From the NCBI GenBank assembly GCA_050952625.1, contig JBMNLH010000005.1, forward strand, positions 1-64,000: a stretch of DNA of 64,000 nt, given 5' to 3'. The stretch is from Bacillota bacterium. Its GTDB lineage: Bacteria; Bacillota; Ch66; Ch109. Every line of letters begins with the position of its first letter. Within the stretch, counting starts at the first letter, position 1. A program made the translations under genes and the position numbers. The notes under the pieces are model-generated. The model did not search any database, was not told the origin of the DNA, and worked only from the letters and a program-made list of their open reading frames with translations. This document shows, piece by piece, positions 11,837-24,020 of the stretch.

Positions 11837-12094
11837 ATGCTGGCCACAAACTATACTAACGCAAGGCAAAAATTTAAGGAGTACTGTGATATAGCCAACA
11901 ATGACTTGGAAACAATCATTGTCACCCGCAAACAGGGTGGAAATGTGGTAATAATGTCGGAGGCGGAATACAACAATCTGATGGAAAATCTTTTCATCAG
12001 GAGTAATCCCGAGTCTTATAAGGAACTGCTGGAATCTATTGCCCAAATTAAAAGAGGACAATCAAAGATTCGGGAGCTAATTGAGGATGAATAA
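11837..12094 (+). CDS. yefM: Phd/YefM family antitoxin
   Basis: NYTNARQKFKEYCD..ETIIVTRK..VVIMS..EYNNLMENL; SD GGGAGGTG. Confidence 0.9.
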   Translation: MLATNYTNARQKFKEYCDIANNDLETIIVTRKQGGNVVIMSEAEYNNLMENLFIRSNPESYKELLESIAQIKRGQSKIRELIEDE

Positions 12095-12332
12095 GATTTT
12101 CTCTGATATTTCCTGGCGACACTATTTATACTGGCAAGCTAATGATAAAAAGGTCTTAAAGAAAATCAATGAACTCATAAAAGATATTGATAGGAATGGC
12201 AATGCGGGCCTGGGTAAACCCGAACCTCTGAAAAATGAACTCAGTGGCTTGTGGAGCAGACGCATAACCAGCGAACACAGGCTAATCTATAGTTTGGATG
12301 ACGAGAATATCTATATTTATAGTTGCCGATAG
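12087..12332 (+). CDS. yoeB: Txe/YoeB family mRNA interferase toxin (C-terminal His-Tyr missing)
   Basis: YLYWQ..KKINELIKDI..GLGKPEPLK..WSRRITSEHRLIY; ends SCR*. Confidence 0.85.
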   Translation: MNKIFSDISWRHYLYWQANDKKVLKKINELIKDIDRNGNAGLGKPEPLKNELSGLWSRRITSEHRLIYSLDDENIYIYSCR

Positions 12333-12376
12333 CGAATTAATGATGGAATAATTTTCCGCGAGTAAGGAGGCGGATA

Positions 12377-12626
12377 ATGATGAACTTTGTGAGAAAAGTG
12401 GCTAATAGCAATATATTGGCAAGAATTATTGATTTACCCGAAAACCTAAGAAATAAAAAAGTAGAGATACTAGTATTCCCTTATGACAACGTGAATGAGG
12501 AAGACAACTTAGCCCAGAAGCCAAAAAGAGCTAGAGGATTATTGGAAAGGTATAAGAATAAAGATCTGCAAGATTTAGAAAACGGTGCCTGGGCAAAGCG
12601 GTGTTAGATGAGTATGAAAATAGTTG
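12377..12626 (+). CDS. Putative VapB-like antitoxin (1-nt shift near 12598; restored end ...AVLDEYENS*)
   Basis: Small ORF with SD AAGGAGG; the restored end overlaps the start of a PIN-domain remnant. Confidence 0.55.
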
Positions 12627-12755
12627 ATGCTAATATTAATCTATGGATCAAGAAAATTAGATTTTGTGGACACACTTCTTTATGCTTATCATAAAGTAAA
12701 GAATTATGAAGTCTATACTTTTGATAAGAAGCTAAACAAATTATTAAACGATTAG
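12614..12755 (+). pseudogene. vapC: PIN-domain (VapC-like) toxin with large internal deletion
   Basis: The N-terminal MKIVDANI motif is joined directly to the C-terminal LDFVDTLLYAYHKVKNYEVYTFDKKL motif; the middle of the domain is absent. Confidence 0.75.
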
Positions 12756-12882
12756 AACAAGGATAAATACCGCCTGTTGTGGGGACTGACGAGTTAGGGT
12801 AAGGTAAAAGCCGTGAAGTCTTATCCCTTAACTCCTCACGCCTAACGCCTCACCCCTCACTAACAACTAAGGAGCCAAACAA

Positions 12883-14070
12883 ATGCCAATACCTCTACTA
12901 GACCTAAAACGCCAATACGCCGCCATTCAAGCCGAAGCTGAAGCAGCAGTTTGCTCCATCCTGGCCTCCGGTGCCTACATTATGGGGGCTAACGTCAAAG
13001 CTTTTGAGGAAGAATTCGCTGCTTACTGCGGCGTCAAACATGCGATCTCCGTCGGCAACGGGACGGACGGTTTGGTCATCTCCCTGAAAGCGTTAAATAT
13101 TGGTCCCGGTGATGAGGTCATCACCACTCCCTTCACTTTCTTCGCGACCGCGGAGAGTATTTCGTCCGTAGGGGCCCGGCCAGTTTTTGTCGATGTGCGC
13201 CCGGATACCTATAACCTGGATGAAAACCTCATTGAAGCCGCCATTACCGAAAACACCCGGGCCATTATGCCAGTGCACATCTTCGGTCAACCGGCGGAGA
13301 TGGCGAAGATAAATGAAATCGCTAAGAAACATGGTTTGGCAGTGGTTGAAGACGCTTGTCAGGCCGTCGGGGCCAGATACCGGGGCGAAAGAGTTGGCGG
13401 TTTGGGTGATATTGGTGTCTTCTCCTTCTTCCCGACCAAAAACTTAGGCGGTGCCGGAGACGGCGGGATGATCACCACCAACGATGATCGTTTGGCGGCA
13501 ATTTGTCGCGCCCTCAGGGTCCACGGCAGCGGCGAAGGGGGTCGGCTGGCTTATAACCTCCTTTACGCCACTGATGAAGAAGAGTTGGAAGAAGCGGCCG
13601 GCGACAGCACCGTGTACGACCCCCGTAAATACTATAACTACCTGATCGGACACAACTCCCGCCTGGATGAAGTGCAAGCAGCCATCCTGCGGATAAAGCT
13701 GCGGCAGTTGGACCGATATAACCAGGCTCGGCAGACAATTGCCGCGTTTTACAACCGGCAACTGGCTGAAACAACCTATGTTACTCCGACTCCGCCAGAG
13801 AACACCGAGTCGGTCTACCATCTCTATGTGCTCCAGGCGGAAAACCGGGCGCAGGTAGTGCGGCATTTGGCTGACAAAGGAATCGCCACCGGTATCTATT
13901 ACCCGGTACCCCTGCATCGGCAGAAAGCCTATCGATATTTAAACTACCAAACTGGTGATCTACCAGTCGCCGAATACCTTTGCCAGCGGACCTTTGCTAT
14001 ACCCTGCTTCCCGGAACTAACACCGGCGGAACAAGCCTATATCGTAGCCGCCCTGAAGGAGGCCAGCTAA
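12883..14070 (+). CDS. wbpE: DegT/DnrJ/EryC1/StrS aminotransferase (WbpE-like)
   Basis: GNGTDGL, EDACQA, SFFPTKNLG (PLP Lys), NSRLDEVQAA; clustered with wbpD/A/B. Confidence 0.85.
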   Translation: MPIPLLDLKRQYAAIQAEAEAAVCSILASGAYIMGANVKAFEEEFAAYCGVKHAISVGNGTDGLVISLKALNIGPGDEVITTPFTFFATAESISSVGARPVFVDVRPDTYNLDENLIEAAITENTRAIMPVHIFGQPAEMAKINEIAKKHGLAVVEDACQAVGARYRGERVGGLGDIGVFSFFPTKNLGGAGDGGMITTNDDRLAAICRALRVHGSGEGGRLAYNLLYATDEEELEEAAGDSTVYDPRKYYNYLIGHNSRLDEVQAAILRIKLRQLDRYNQARQTIAAFYNRQLAETTYVTPTPPENTESVYHLYVLQAENRAQVVRHLADKGIATGIYYPVPLHRQKAYRYLNYQTGDLPVAEYLCQRTFAIPCFPELTPAEQAYIVAALKEAS

Positions 14071-14655
14071 ATGACGGATAAGGACTTTTTTGTTCATGCT
14101 ACCAGCTATATTGATGAACCCTGTCAGATTGGTCCAGGCACCAAGATCTGGCACTTTTGCCACATCATGCAGCACGCTAAAATCGGGGCGAACTGTAACA
14201 TCGGGCAAAACGTGGTCATTTCCCCGGACGTGATCCTGGGAAATGGCGTGAAAATACAGAATAATGTCTCGGTCTACAGCGGGGTGATCTGCGAAGACGA
14301 TGTCTTCCTGGGCCCATCCTGCGTCTTTACCAATGTGCTAAATCCCCGCAGTTTTATCAGCCGCAAAGATGAGTACCGCCCAACGCTGATCAAGAAGGGA
14401 GCCAGTATCGGGGCCAACGCCACCATCATCTGCGGTAATACCATCGGCCGTTATGCCCTGATCGGGGCCGGCGCGGTAGTGACCAAAGATGTCCCTGATT
14501 TTGCGCTGCTGGTGGGCAACCCAGCCCGGATCATCGGCTATGTGTGCAAATGCGGAGAGAGGCTGACCTTTGACGCCACCGGACATACCCAGTGCCCGGC
14601 CTGCTCGGAAAGATATAGGTGGAGTGAGGAGTTGGGCGTGCTGAATGAGGAGTGA
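14071..14655 (+). CDS. wbpD: Hexapeptide-repeat N-acetyltransferase (WbpD/WlbB)
   Basis: KIWHFCHI, KIQNNVSVY, GPSCVFTNVLNPRS, C-terminal Cys cluster. Confidence 0.9.
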   Translation: MTDKDFFVHATSYIDEPCQIGPGTKIWHFCHIMQHAKIGANCNIGQNVVISPDVILGNGVKIQNNVSVYSGVICEDDVFLGPSCVFTNVLNPRSFISRKDEYRPTLIKKGASIGANATIICGNTIGRYALIGAGAVVTKDVPDFALLVGNPARIIGYVCKCGERLTFDATGHTQCPACSERYRWSEELGVLNEE

Positions 14656-14693
14656 GAAGAATACGCCGCACAAACTAAGGAGGAATTAGAAGG

Positions 14694-16016
14694 GTGTCGT
14701 TGAAAGAAACCTTACTCAGAAAAATAAACCAGCGGGAAATCGTGGTCGGGGTAGTCGGTTTAGGTTATGTCGGTCTGCCTCTGGCGGTGGAGAAGGCTAA
14801 AGCCGGCTATAAAACGATTGGCTTTGATATTCAGGACCGTAAAGTTGAGATGCTCAACCAGGGGATCAACTACATTGGGGATGTGGTTGATAGTGAATTA
14901 AAAGAACTGGTTGAAAAAGGCATGTTATCCGCGACCAAAGATTTTTCCTTCATTAAAGATGTAGACTTCATCGCAATCGCTGTCCCGACACCACTCGATG
15001 CATACCAGCAGCCGGATATTAGCTATGTCCGTGATTCCACTATCGCTGTGGCCAAATATCTGCGCCGGGGAAGCATGGTGGTCTTAGAATCCACTACCTA
15101 TCCCGGTACCACCGAAGAATTAATTCTGCCCCTTCTCGAACAGGGCTCCGGACTGAAATGCGGCGAGGATTTTTATCTGGCCTTCTCCCCTGAGCGGGTA
15201 GATCCGGGGAATATCCTTTATAAAACCAAAAACACCCCGAAAGTTGTTGGCGGAGTGGGTAAGGATGCCACTGAAGTGATTGCGGCGATGTATCGAAACG
15301 TCCTCGAAGGAGATATTTTTGAAGCCTCGTCTCCCAGAGTAGCGGAAATGGAAAAAATATTAGAAAACACCTATCGTAATGTAAATATAGGCCTGATCAA
15401 CGAACTGGCCATGCTCTGCAATAAGATGAACATCAATATCTGGGAAGTCATCGAAGCCGCCAAGACCAAGCCCTTTGGCTTCACTCCCTTCTATCCCGGT
15501 CCCGGCCTGGGTGGTCACTGCATACCCTTGGACCCCTACTATCTATCCTGGAAGGCCCGGGAGTATGGTTTCCACACCTCCATGATCGAAGCCTCCATGA
15601 TGGTCAACGACCGGATGCCCGAATATACTGTTGAACGGGCTGGTAGAATCCTGAATCGTTTCAGAAAAGCCCTGAACGGGGCCAAAGTCCTGATCTTAGG
15701 GGTAGCTTACAAAGGGGACATTGATGACTACCGAGAAAGCCCGGCTTTACGGGTAATCAAAGAGTTTGAAAAAGTCGGCTCCGAAATAGAATACTACGAC
15801 CCCTTTATAGGCGAATACAACGAAAAAGGCCGGATTAGAAAAGGCCTGCCCGAGCTAACCGCTGAAAAAATACAGGAAGCGGACCTTGTGGTCATCACCA
15901 CCAACCATACTCAGGGCATAGATTACAACTTCGTCCAACAAAACGCCAAATACATATTCGATACCAAAAATGCGATGAAGGATGTCGCGAATAGAGAAAA
16001 TGTAGAATTGTTGTAG
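14694..16016 (+). CDS. wbpA: UDP-N-acetylglucosamine 6-dehydrogenase (WbpA/WecC family)
   Basis: GLGYVGLPLA, ESTTYPGTT, FSPERVDPGN, GGHCIPLDP. Confidence 0.9.
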   Translation: MSLKETLLRKINQREIVVGVVGLGYVGLPLAVEKAKAGYKTIGFDIQDRKVEMLNQGINYIGDVVDSELKELVEKGMLSATKDFSFIKDVDFIAIAVPTPLDAYQQPDISYVRDSTIAVAKYLRRGSMVVLESTTYPGTTEELILPLLEQGSGLKCGEDFYLAFSPERVDPGNILYKTKNTPKVVGGVGKDATEVIAAMYRNVLEGDIFEASSPRVAEMEKILENTYRNVNIGLINELAMLCNKMNINIWEVIEAAKTKPFGFTPFYPGPGLGGHCIPLDPYYLSWKAREYGFHTSMIEASMMVNDRMPEYTVERAGRILNRFRKALNGAKVLILGVAYKGDIDDYRESPALRVIKEFEKVGSEIEYYDPFIGEYNEKGRIRKGLPELTAEKIQEADLVVITTNHTQGIDYNFVQQNAKYIFDTKNAMKDVANRENVELL

Positions 16017-16018
16017 AT

Positions 16019-16235
16019 GGTGAGGCGTGAGTTGTGACGAGGTATTCATACAAATAAACAAGGTGTTTGCCCTAATCGGGGGATTGTTGAAGAAGTAAGG
16101 AGTAAGGAGTAAGGTGTAGCCTATTCACCTCACGCCTCACACCTAACGGAAGGAAGTGATTGAGGAAACGGGTAGTGGAAAGTGATGGAGAACTACAGAT
16201 ATAAACTCCTCACGCCTCACACCTCACGCCTCACT
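16019..16235. repeat. Clusters of 7-bp tandem repeats (GTGAGGC/GTAAGGA and CCTCACG/CCTCACA); related cluster at 12833-12864
   Basis: AGTAAGG x3 at 16094; CCTCACG-CCTCACA-CCTAACG at ~16128; four units at ~16208. Confidence 0.75.
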
Positions 16236-16240
16236 CTAGG

Positions 16241-17233
16241 ATGCTTAAAATTGGACTCATTGGCTGCGGCCGCATATCCAAAAACCACTTTGAAGCCATC
16301 GCCGCTCAGCCGGATGCCAGGTGTATCGCCTGTTGTGACATTATCGAAGAAAGGGTTCGGGAAGCAGCGGAAAAATATGAGATCCCTTACTGGACGACGA
16401 AATATGAAGAAATGCTGCAGCGAGACGACCTGGATTTAATCTCCATCTGCACCCCCTCCGGCTTGCACCCGGAGCATGGTATAATGGCAGCAAGAGCCGG
16501 CAAGCACGTGCTAACCGAAAAACCCATGGGCTGCCGGCTGGCTGAGGCGGATAAACTAATTGAAGCCTGCGACCAAGCCGGGGTCAAGCTCTTTGTAGTA
16601 TTACAAAATCGGCTCAACCCGGCCATCCAGCTAGTGCGAAGGGCCTTTGAGGAAGGCCGTTTTGGGAAGCTGTATATGATCACCTCGAATGTTTTCTGGA
16701 CCCGTCCCCAGGACTATTACGACATGGCCCCCTGGCGGGGCACCTGGGCATTGGATGGTGGAGCCTTTATGAACCAGGCTTCGCACTATGTAGATATGGT
16801 GCAGTGGTTTGGCGGGCCGATAGAAGAAGTAAAATCAATTACTGCCACCCTGGCCCGGAACATTGAAGCCGAAGATACCGGTTCAGCTATAATCCGTTTT
16901 CAGAACGGGGCTATCGGTAGTATCAACGTCACTATGCTTACGTATCCGAAGAACTTGGAAGGGTCCATTACTCTGCTGGGGGAGAAAGGAACGGTCCGCG
17001 TAGGCGGCATGGCCATGAATCGCATTGAACATTGGGAATTTGCGGATCAGCAGGCATATGATCAAGAGGTAGAGCAGGCGAATACAAATCCAACCTCGGT
17101 CTATGGCTTCGGGCACAGCGGGTATTACCGGAATGTAATCGACAGCTCTGCGGGGTAAAGCGGAACCAAGCAGCGATGGACAGAAAGGCAGAAAGTCGCT
17201 TTATTTGTTAGAGCGGATCATTAGTGATGCATA
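16241..17233 (+). CDS. wbpB: Gfo/Idh/MocA oxidoreductase (WbpB/WlbA); frameshift near 17150 and final codons replaced by IS4
   Basis: IGCGRI, HVLTEKPM, LQNRLNP, WRGTWALDGGAFMNQASHYVD. Confidence 0.85.
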
Positions 17234-18827
17234 AAATTTAACCCATTTCTTCTAAGTGCATTTTACACTGGCTTATATATAGGGCTAAATAGACGAAGAT
17301 TGAATATTCTGAACAGGAGTTTTTCCCGTAAATGTTAAAAAGCAAGTGATCAATTAAAGATAGTCCTGTGCCACATTTCGTTGCCTAATTTTGTTAAATA
17401 AGATCCAGGGTCATTTCATCTAGAAATACTAGTCCCATAAAGCAATGTTTCTTCGTTAAGCCGCCAGAATTCCTGTTCCCATGTATTCTTTCGCCTTCCA
17501 CCATTAGATTTACGAGCTGGTGGCCTAAACAACTTGTCGAGGAAAAGTTCTAAAGAATCATATCCACAAGATTGTAGAAGACGTTGAAGACTCAAGAGCT
17601 CTCCCGAGAACTTTACCTTTGATTGGAGTAATGTCATCAAACAAAAGGATATGAGGGCTAGCCAAATCTGATTCTTTACGGCATTCTCGCTATTACCATA
17701 AAACTTTTTGACCTTGAGATGTTGCTTCACCCATTTAAAAAATAGTTCAATTGCCCACCGGTTCCGATAAATATCACTGATTTCTTGAGCAGTTAGTTCA
17801 AAGTCATTGGTTACAATCGTGACGGCATTTCCTTGAGTATCCCGGGTTTCAATTAACCGTAGAGGATGTTTCATTTGGTTAACTCCCGGTGTGCCTAGAC
17901 GAACAATTCGCTCCAGTGCCCATTCATTATCAACCAGGATCTTTTGCTCTAGGATTAACTCCTTGACCGCATTTGATTTTAAACGGCTGACAAACCGGAT
18001 CTGGTTGTTATTGTCACAATAGCTGTCGAACTTCTCGTAATCAATGTAACCTCGGTCAAAAAACGTAAAGCGCATCTCCAGATTCTTCAACGACCAAGTT
18101 ATCCATTTGAGTCCGGTCGTTACCTTTAGCGGTTGTGATAATTGCCGTATAAGGATTAACCCCCGACTTCAGGATAAAAGGCTAGTTTTAGGTGAAGCTT
18201 GACTCCGGCCTTAGTTTTCCGGTAGGTTGCCCAAAGGTGATTGGAGAGACAAAAGCTAATCACCGAGGCATCCACCAAGAAAATCCTTTTAAGACGATGA
18301 CTCATTGCTTTATGACCAATTGTTGCTTCTAGCTCCTTTACGAGTTCAGTAAACAATTTTTCAAGAACTTCGGTTGACATTTCTCTGAGTTTTCTGGATA
18401 GCTGTGATGCACTTATAGAAGTTATTCCAATAAGTTCCTGAAGTTTTTCACTATCCTTCAATATCTGACTCGTATGGCGCAAACTGTCAAGGCAATCAAT
18501 CTGGGCGTAAAGCATTAAAAGGATAAAGTTATTAGCGAACAGCTTTTTGACGTACTTGTCAATGTCCCAGGTTTTAAGTAGCTTTTGAAAACTAGATACA
18601 AATATAGGCTCAAGGCATTCACGAAATGCAGATTTTTTGGTATCCTGTCCATAAGTGGGATCTCCTTATCTTAGAGATTATGGACAGGACTACCTGTACA
18701 TCTCTATTATAAGGAGTTTTTTCTTATAGGACCAGTTATATTATGGTAATTAACATGTATATTTATTAAGCATTTATGATAATGAACTACTTAGTGCTTT
18801 GTTAAAAAATTTAATGCAACACTAGTG
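17219..18827 (-). mobile_element. IS4-family insertion sequence, 1609 bp
   Basis: Terminal inverted repeats CATTAGTGATGCATAAAATTT / rc CACTAGTGTTGCATTAAATTT (18/21). A 9-bp target duplication AGAGCGGAT lies at 17210-17218 and 18828-18836. Confidence 0.95.
17416..18652 (-). CDS. IS4-family DDE transposase (frameshifts near 18645, 18156, 18090)
   Basis: LVDASVI, GVKLHL, FDRGYIDY, YRNRWAIELFFKWVKQHL (YREK-like). Confidence 0.9.
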
Positions 18828-18903
18828 AGAGCGGATATATAAAACCAAGAATATTTAATAATATAACATAATTAAACCGGGTAGACATTTGAGGAGAAAA
18901 ATC

Positions 18904-19910
18904 ATGAACCTAAAAAACAAGAAAATTCTAATCACTGGCTCAGACGGCTTTATCGGCTCTCACTTAACGGAAGCTTTAGTAAGAATGGGTTGTGATGTTA
19001 GAGCTGTGGTTTATTATAATTCCTTCAACTCCTGGGGATGGCTGGATGAATCTCCTGATGAGATCAAAAAAGAACTCGATGTATTCGCGGGAGATGTGCG
19101 TGATCCCTATGGGATGAAAAAAGCGATGCAGGGATGTGATGTAGTATTCCATCTGGCAGCCTTAATCGCTATCCCTTATTCCTACCATTCCCCGGATACC
19201 TATGTAGATACTAACATTAAAGGAACTCTAAACATTTTACAGGCAGCCAGGGAACTGGGCATAGAAAAGGTCATCCATACTTCCACCAGTGAAGTTTATG
19301 GAACGGCCCGGTATGTTCCGATTGATGAAGAGCACCCATTACAGGGACAGTCTCCTTATTCAGCAACGAAAATAGGAGCTGACCAGATTGCATTATCATT
19401 TTATCGTTCCTTTAATACACCTGTTTCGATTATTCGCCCATTTAACACCTATGGGCCGCGTCAGTCAGCCCGGGCAGTAATACCTACCATCATTACTCAG
19501 ATTGCTGCCGGACAAAGGGAACTGCGTTTAGGCTCACTGCACCCAACCCGGGATTTTAATTATGTAAATGACACCGTGAAGGGATTCATAGCTGTAGCGG
19601 AATCGGAAAAATCACTTGGAGAAGTAATTAATATAGGAAGCAATTATGAAGTCTCCATTGGCGACCTTGTTCAGACCATAACTGATATTATGAAGGCTGA
19701 GATAGAGATTAAAACAGATGATGACCGCCTTCGTCCTGAAAAAAGTGAAGTGGAACGTCTATGGGCAGATAATAAAAAAGCAGCTCAGTTAACCGGCTGG
19801 CAACCTGAATATGCCGGTATGGAGGGTCTTAAGCGTGGCCTGCAGCACACCATCGAATGGTTTAGCGATCCTAACAATCTAAAACGCTATAAAACAGGGG
19901 TATATAACAT

Positions 19911-19914
<4 letters not shown>
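18904..19914 (+). CDS. legB: NAD-dependent 4,6-dehydratase, legionaminic acid pathway
   Basis: GSDGFIGSHL, YNSFNSWGWLD, LAALIAIPYSY, QSPYSATK, GPRQSARAVIP. Confidence 0.92.
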
Positions 19915-21088
<1,174 letters not shown>

Positions 21089-21092
21089 TAAG

Positions 21093-22247
21093 ATGACGAA
21101 AAGAAAAATCTGCGTAGTAACCGGTACCCGAGCTGAATACGGCTTGCTCTACTGGTTAATGAAAGAAATACAGGCGGATGAAGATTTAGAATTGCAGATT
21201 ATTGCCACTGGGGCTCATCTGTCACCTGAGTTTGGGTTGACTTATAAGGTGATAGAGGAAGATGGCTTTGAAATAGATGAAAAAGTAGAGATGCTCCTCT
21301 CCAGTGATACAGCCGTAGGAATAACTAAATCGTTAGGGTTGGCTACCATTGGTTTTGCCGATGCCTATGACCGGTTAAAACCGGATATAGTAGTTCTGCT
21401 TGGTGATCGCTATGAGATACTGGCAGCAGCACAGGCGGCACTTATTATTGGACTTCCCATAGCACATATTGCTGGTGGTGATACTACCGAGGGGGCTTTT
21501 GACGAGGCGATTCGTCACAGTATCAGTAAAATGGCACATATTCATTTCGTGACTAACGAATTATCTGCCCGGAGAGTGCGACAACTAGGCGAGAATCCTC
21601 ATTATATTTTTAATGTTGGAAGTCCCGGCATTGATTATATAAAAAGAGTTCACTTGATAAATCGAAACGACCTGGAAAAGGAACTGGGGTATAGATTCCA
21701 AGATAAGAACCTGTTGGTGACCTTCCACCCGGTAACACTAGATAGTGTTTCTTCAACTGAACAGATGGCAGAATTACTAACGGCATTAGATAGTTTGGGA
21801 AAAGACGTGGGCGTTATATTTACCAAAGCAAATGCCGATACCCAGGGACGAAGCATCAACCAAATGATAGATGATTATGTGGCAGTACATCCTGAATCGA
21901 AGGCATATACATCTCTAGGACAGGTTCGCTACCTCAGCGTTATATCACAGGTAGATGTTGTAGTAGGCAATTCCTCCAGCGGTCTGTATGAAGTACCCTC
22001 ATTTGGTAAACCGACGGTAAATATTGGCGACAGACAAAAAGGTAGATTACAGGCTGCATCAGTAGTAAATTGCGAACCACAAGCATCAGCGATAATACAA
22101 GCAATTACTTCTGCTTTTGATATGGATTGTTCGAATGTTCAAAACCCCTATGGTGATGGGAATAGCTCGATTCAGATGCTTTCAGTATTGAAAAATATTC
22201 CTGATTATAGAGCTTTGTTAAAAAAACAGTTTTTTATGATGGAGTAG
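21093..22247 (+). CDS. neuC: Hydrolysing NDP-sugar 2-epimerase (NeuC/LegG)
   Basis: VTGTRAEYGLL, LGDRYE, DEAIRHSISK, GNSSSG, NIGDRQKGR. Confidence 0.93.
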   Translation: MTKRKICVVTGTRAEYGLLYWLMKEIQADEDLELQIIATGAHLSPEFGLTYKVIEEDGFEIDEKVEMLLSSDTAVGITKSLGLATIGFADAYDRLKPDIVVLLGDRYEILAAAQAALIIGLPIAHIAGGDTTEGAFDEAIRHSISKMAHIHFVTNELSARRVRQLGENPHYIFNVGSPGIDYIKRVHLINRNDLEKELGYRFQDKNLLVTFHPVTLDSVSSTEQMAELLTALDSLGKDVGVIFTKANADTQGRSINQMIDDYVAVHPESKAYTSLGQVRYLSVISQVDVVVGNSSSGLYEVPSFGKPTVNIGDRQKGRLQAASVVNCEPQASAIIQAITSAFDMDCSNVQNPYGDGNSSIQMLSVLKNIPDYRALLKKQFFMME

Positions 22248-22251
22248 TACT

Positions 22252-23335
22252 ATGAATGATAATAAAGTATTCATAATTGCCGAAGCCGGCGTAAATCATA
22301 ATGGCTCATTGGATATGGCTCTTGAACTAATTGATGTTGCAGCCGAAGCCGGGGCAGATGCGGTTAAATTTCAGACTTTCAAAGCCGATAAAGTAGTAAG
22401 CCGTTTTGCCTCCAAAGCCGAGTATCAAACTCGAAACACCGGAGCTGCAGAGTCGCAACTGGAAATGGTTAAGAAACTCGAACTCGATGAAGAACAACAT
22501 ATGATATTAGTGGAACACTGTCGGAAACGGGGCATAGAATTTATGTCCACTCCCTTTGATTCTGGATAGCGTTGACTTCCTCGCCAATGTAATAAATGTT
22601 TCCCGGCTCAAGATACCGTCTGGAGAGATAACCAATGGACTTATACTCTTAAAATTCGCTCAAACCGGCAAGCCTCTCATATTATCCACCGGCATGAGTA
22701 CACTGGATGAGGTGGAAACGGCTTTAGGGGTACTGGCCTTTGGTTTTATAAACAGTGGAGAGAAGCCTTCCATGGGAGCTTTTACAGAAGCATATTCATC
22801 TAATGAAGGACAAGCATTTTTAAAGGAAAAAGTGAGTCTCCTGCACTGTACTACTGAATACCCGGCACCATTTGACGAGGTAAACCTCAAGGCCATGGAT
22901 ACTTTAAGAGATAAATTTGCATTACCGTAGGGTATTCAGACCATACCATGGGGATTGCAGTACCCATAGCTGCAGTTGCTCGGGGAGCAGTGATAATAGA
23001 AAAGCATTTTACCCTGGATCGCAATCTGCCCGGGCCTGATCACAAGGCATCTCTTGAGCCAGGAGAGTTAAAGCAAATGGTCAGTTCAATTCGTCAGATT
23101 GAACTTGCATTGGGAACTGGCATCAAGCAACCAACCGCATCAGAAATAAAAAATATGGCTGTGGCTAGAAAAAGCCTGGTAGCCACTAGGGAAATAAAAC
23201 AGGGAGAGCTGTTTACAGAAGATAACATAGGTGCTAAACGTCCTGGTAACGGGATATCCCCTATTTATTATTGGGATAGTGCTGGGGAAAGTTGCGCCAC
23301 GAGATTATAGCATTGATGAGATGGTGGAATTATGA
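22252..23335 (+). CDS. neuB: Nonulosonate synthase (NeuB/LegI), frameshifted in 3-4 pieces
   Basis: IIAEAGVNHNG, KFQTF, HCTTEYP, IEKHFTLDR..GPDH, C-terminal AFP-like KRPG domain. Confidence 0.9.
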
Positions 23336-23985
23336 TGCAAAAGCCAATAATTATTCTTGGAGCAGGCGGACATGCTAAGGTACTAATAGATACTCTGCAG
23401 CGTCAATCAGCTAATATTTTAGGTGTTACTGATCCTGACCCAGAACTGCATGGTAAAGATGTTATGGGGATTCCTATAATAGGTGATGATAACTCTATTT
23501 TGCAATATGGAGTTAACGATATATTGTTAGTCAACGGAATGGGGAAGGTCAACTGCTCCAACAAAAGAATGCAAATATACCACACCTTTAAGGAACGGGG
23601 ATATATCTTTGCCAGGGTAATTCATCCCAGTGCTGTAATATCGTCCGGGGCTTATCTAGCAGAAGGGGTACATGTAATGGCCGGAGCTATAATACAGACA
23701 TTAGTAACTATAGGGGTTAATACCATAATAAATACCGGGGTCAGTGTAGATCATGAATGTATAATCGGTGACCATGTACATATTGCTCCGGGTGCTACCA
23801 TTTCCGGTGGGGTAGAAATAGGGGATAATGTTTTGATTGGAGCAGGAGCCACTATAATCCAGGGAATTCATGTTGGAGCTAGTAGTGTAGTAGGAGCCGG
23901 AGCGGTGGTAACGGAGGATGTTAGGGAAGGGGTTACCGTGATGGGTATTCCGGCGAGGGTGGTGAAAACTAGTTCAACAGTTTAA
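23332..23985 (+). CDS. neuD: NeuD/PglD-family sugar acetyltransferase (LegH-like)
   Basis: GAGGHAKV, IHPSAVIS, hexapeptide repeats, DHEC. Confidence 0.85.
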   Translation: MMQKPIIILGAGGHAKVLIDTLQRQSANILGVTDPDPELHGKDVMGIPIIGDDNSILQYGVNDILLVNGMGKVNCSNKRMQIYHTFKERGYIFARVIHPSAVISSGAYLAEGVHVMAGAIIQTLVTIGVNTIINTGVSVDHECIIGDHVHIAPGATISGGVEIGDNVLIGAGATIIQGIHVGASSVVGAGAVVTEDVREGVTVMGIPARVVKTSSTV

Positions 23986-24020
23986 TTCCGAAACAAATAA
24001 TACATAAAGGGTGATTAATT

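Noticed and set aside
16017-16240. Diversity-generating retroelement (Avd-like four-helix remnant) and ORF 16182-16439
   Set aside because: No reverse transcriptase or TR/VR pair seen. The ORF is a read-through of heptamer repeats overlapping wbpB.
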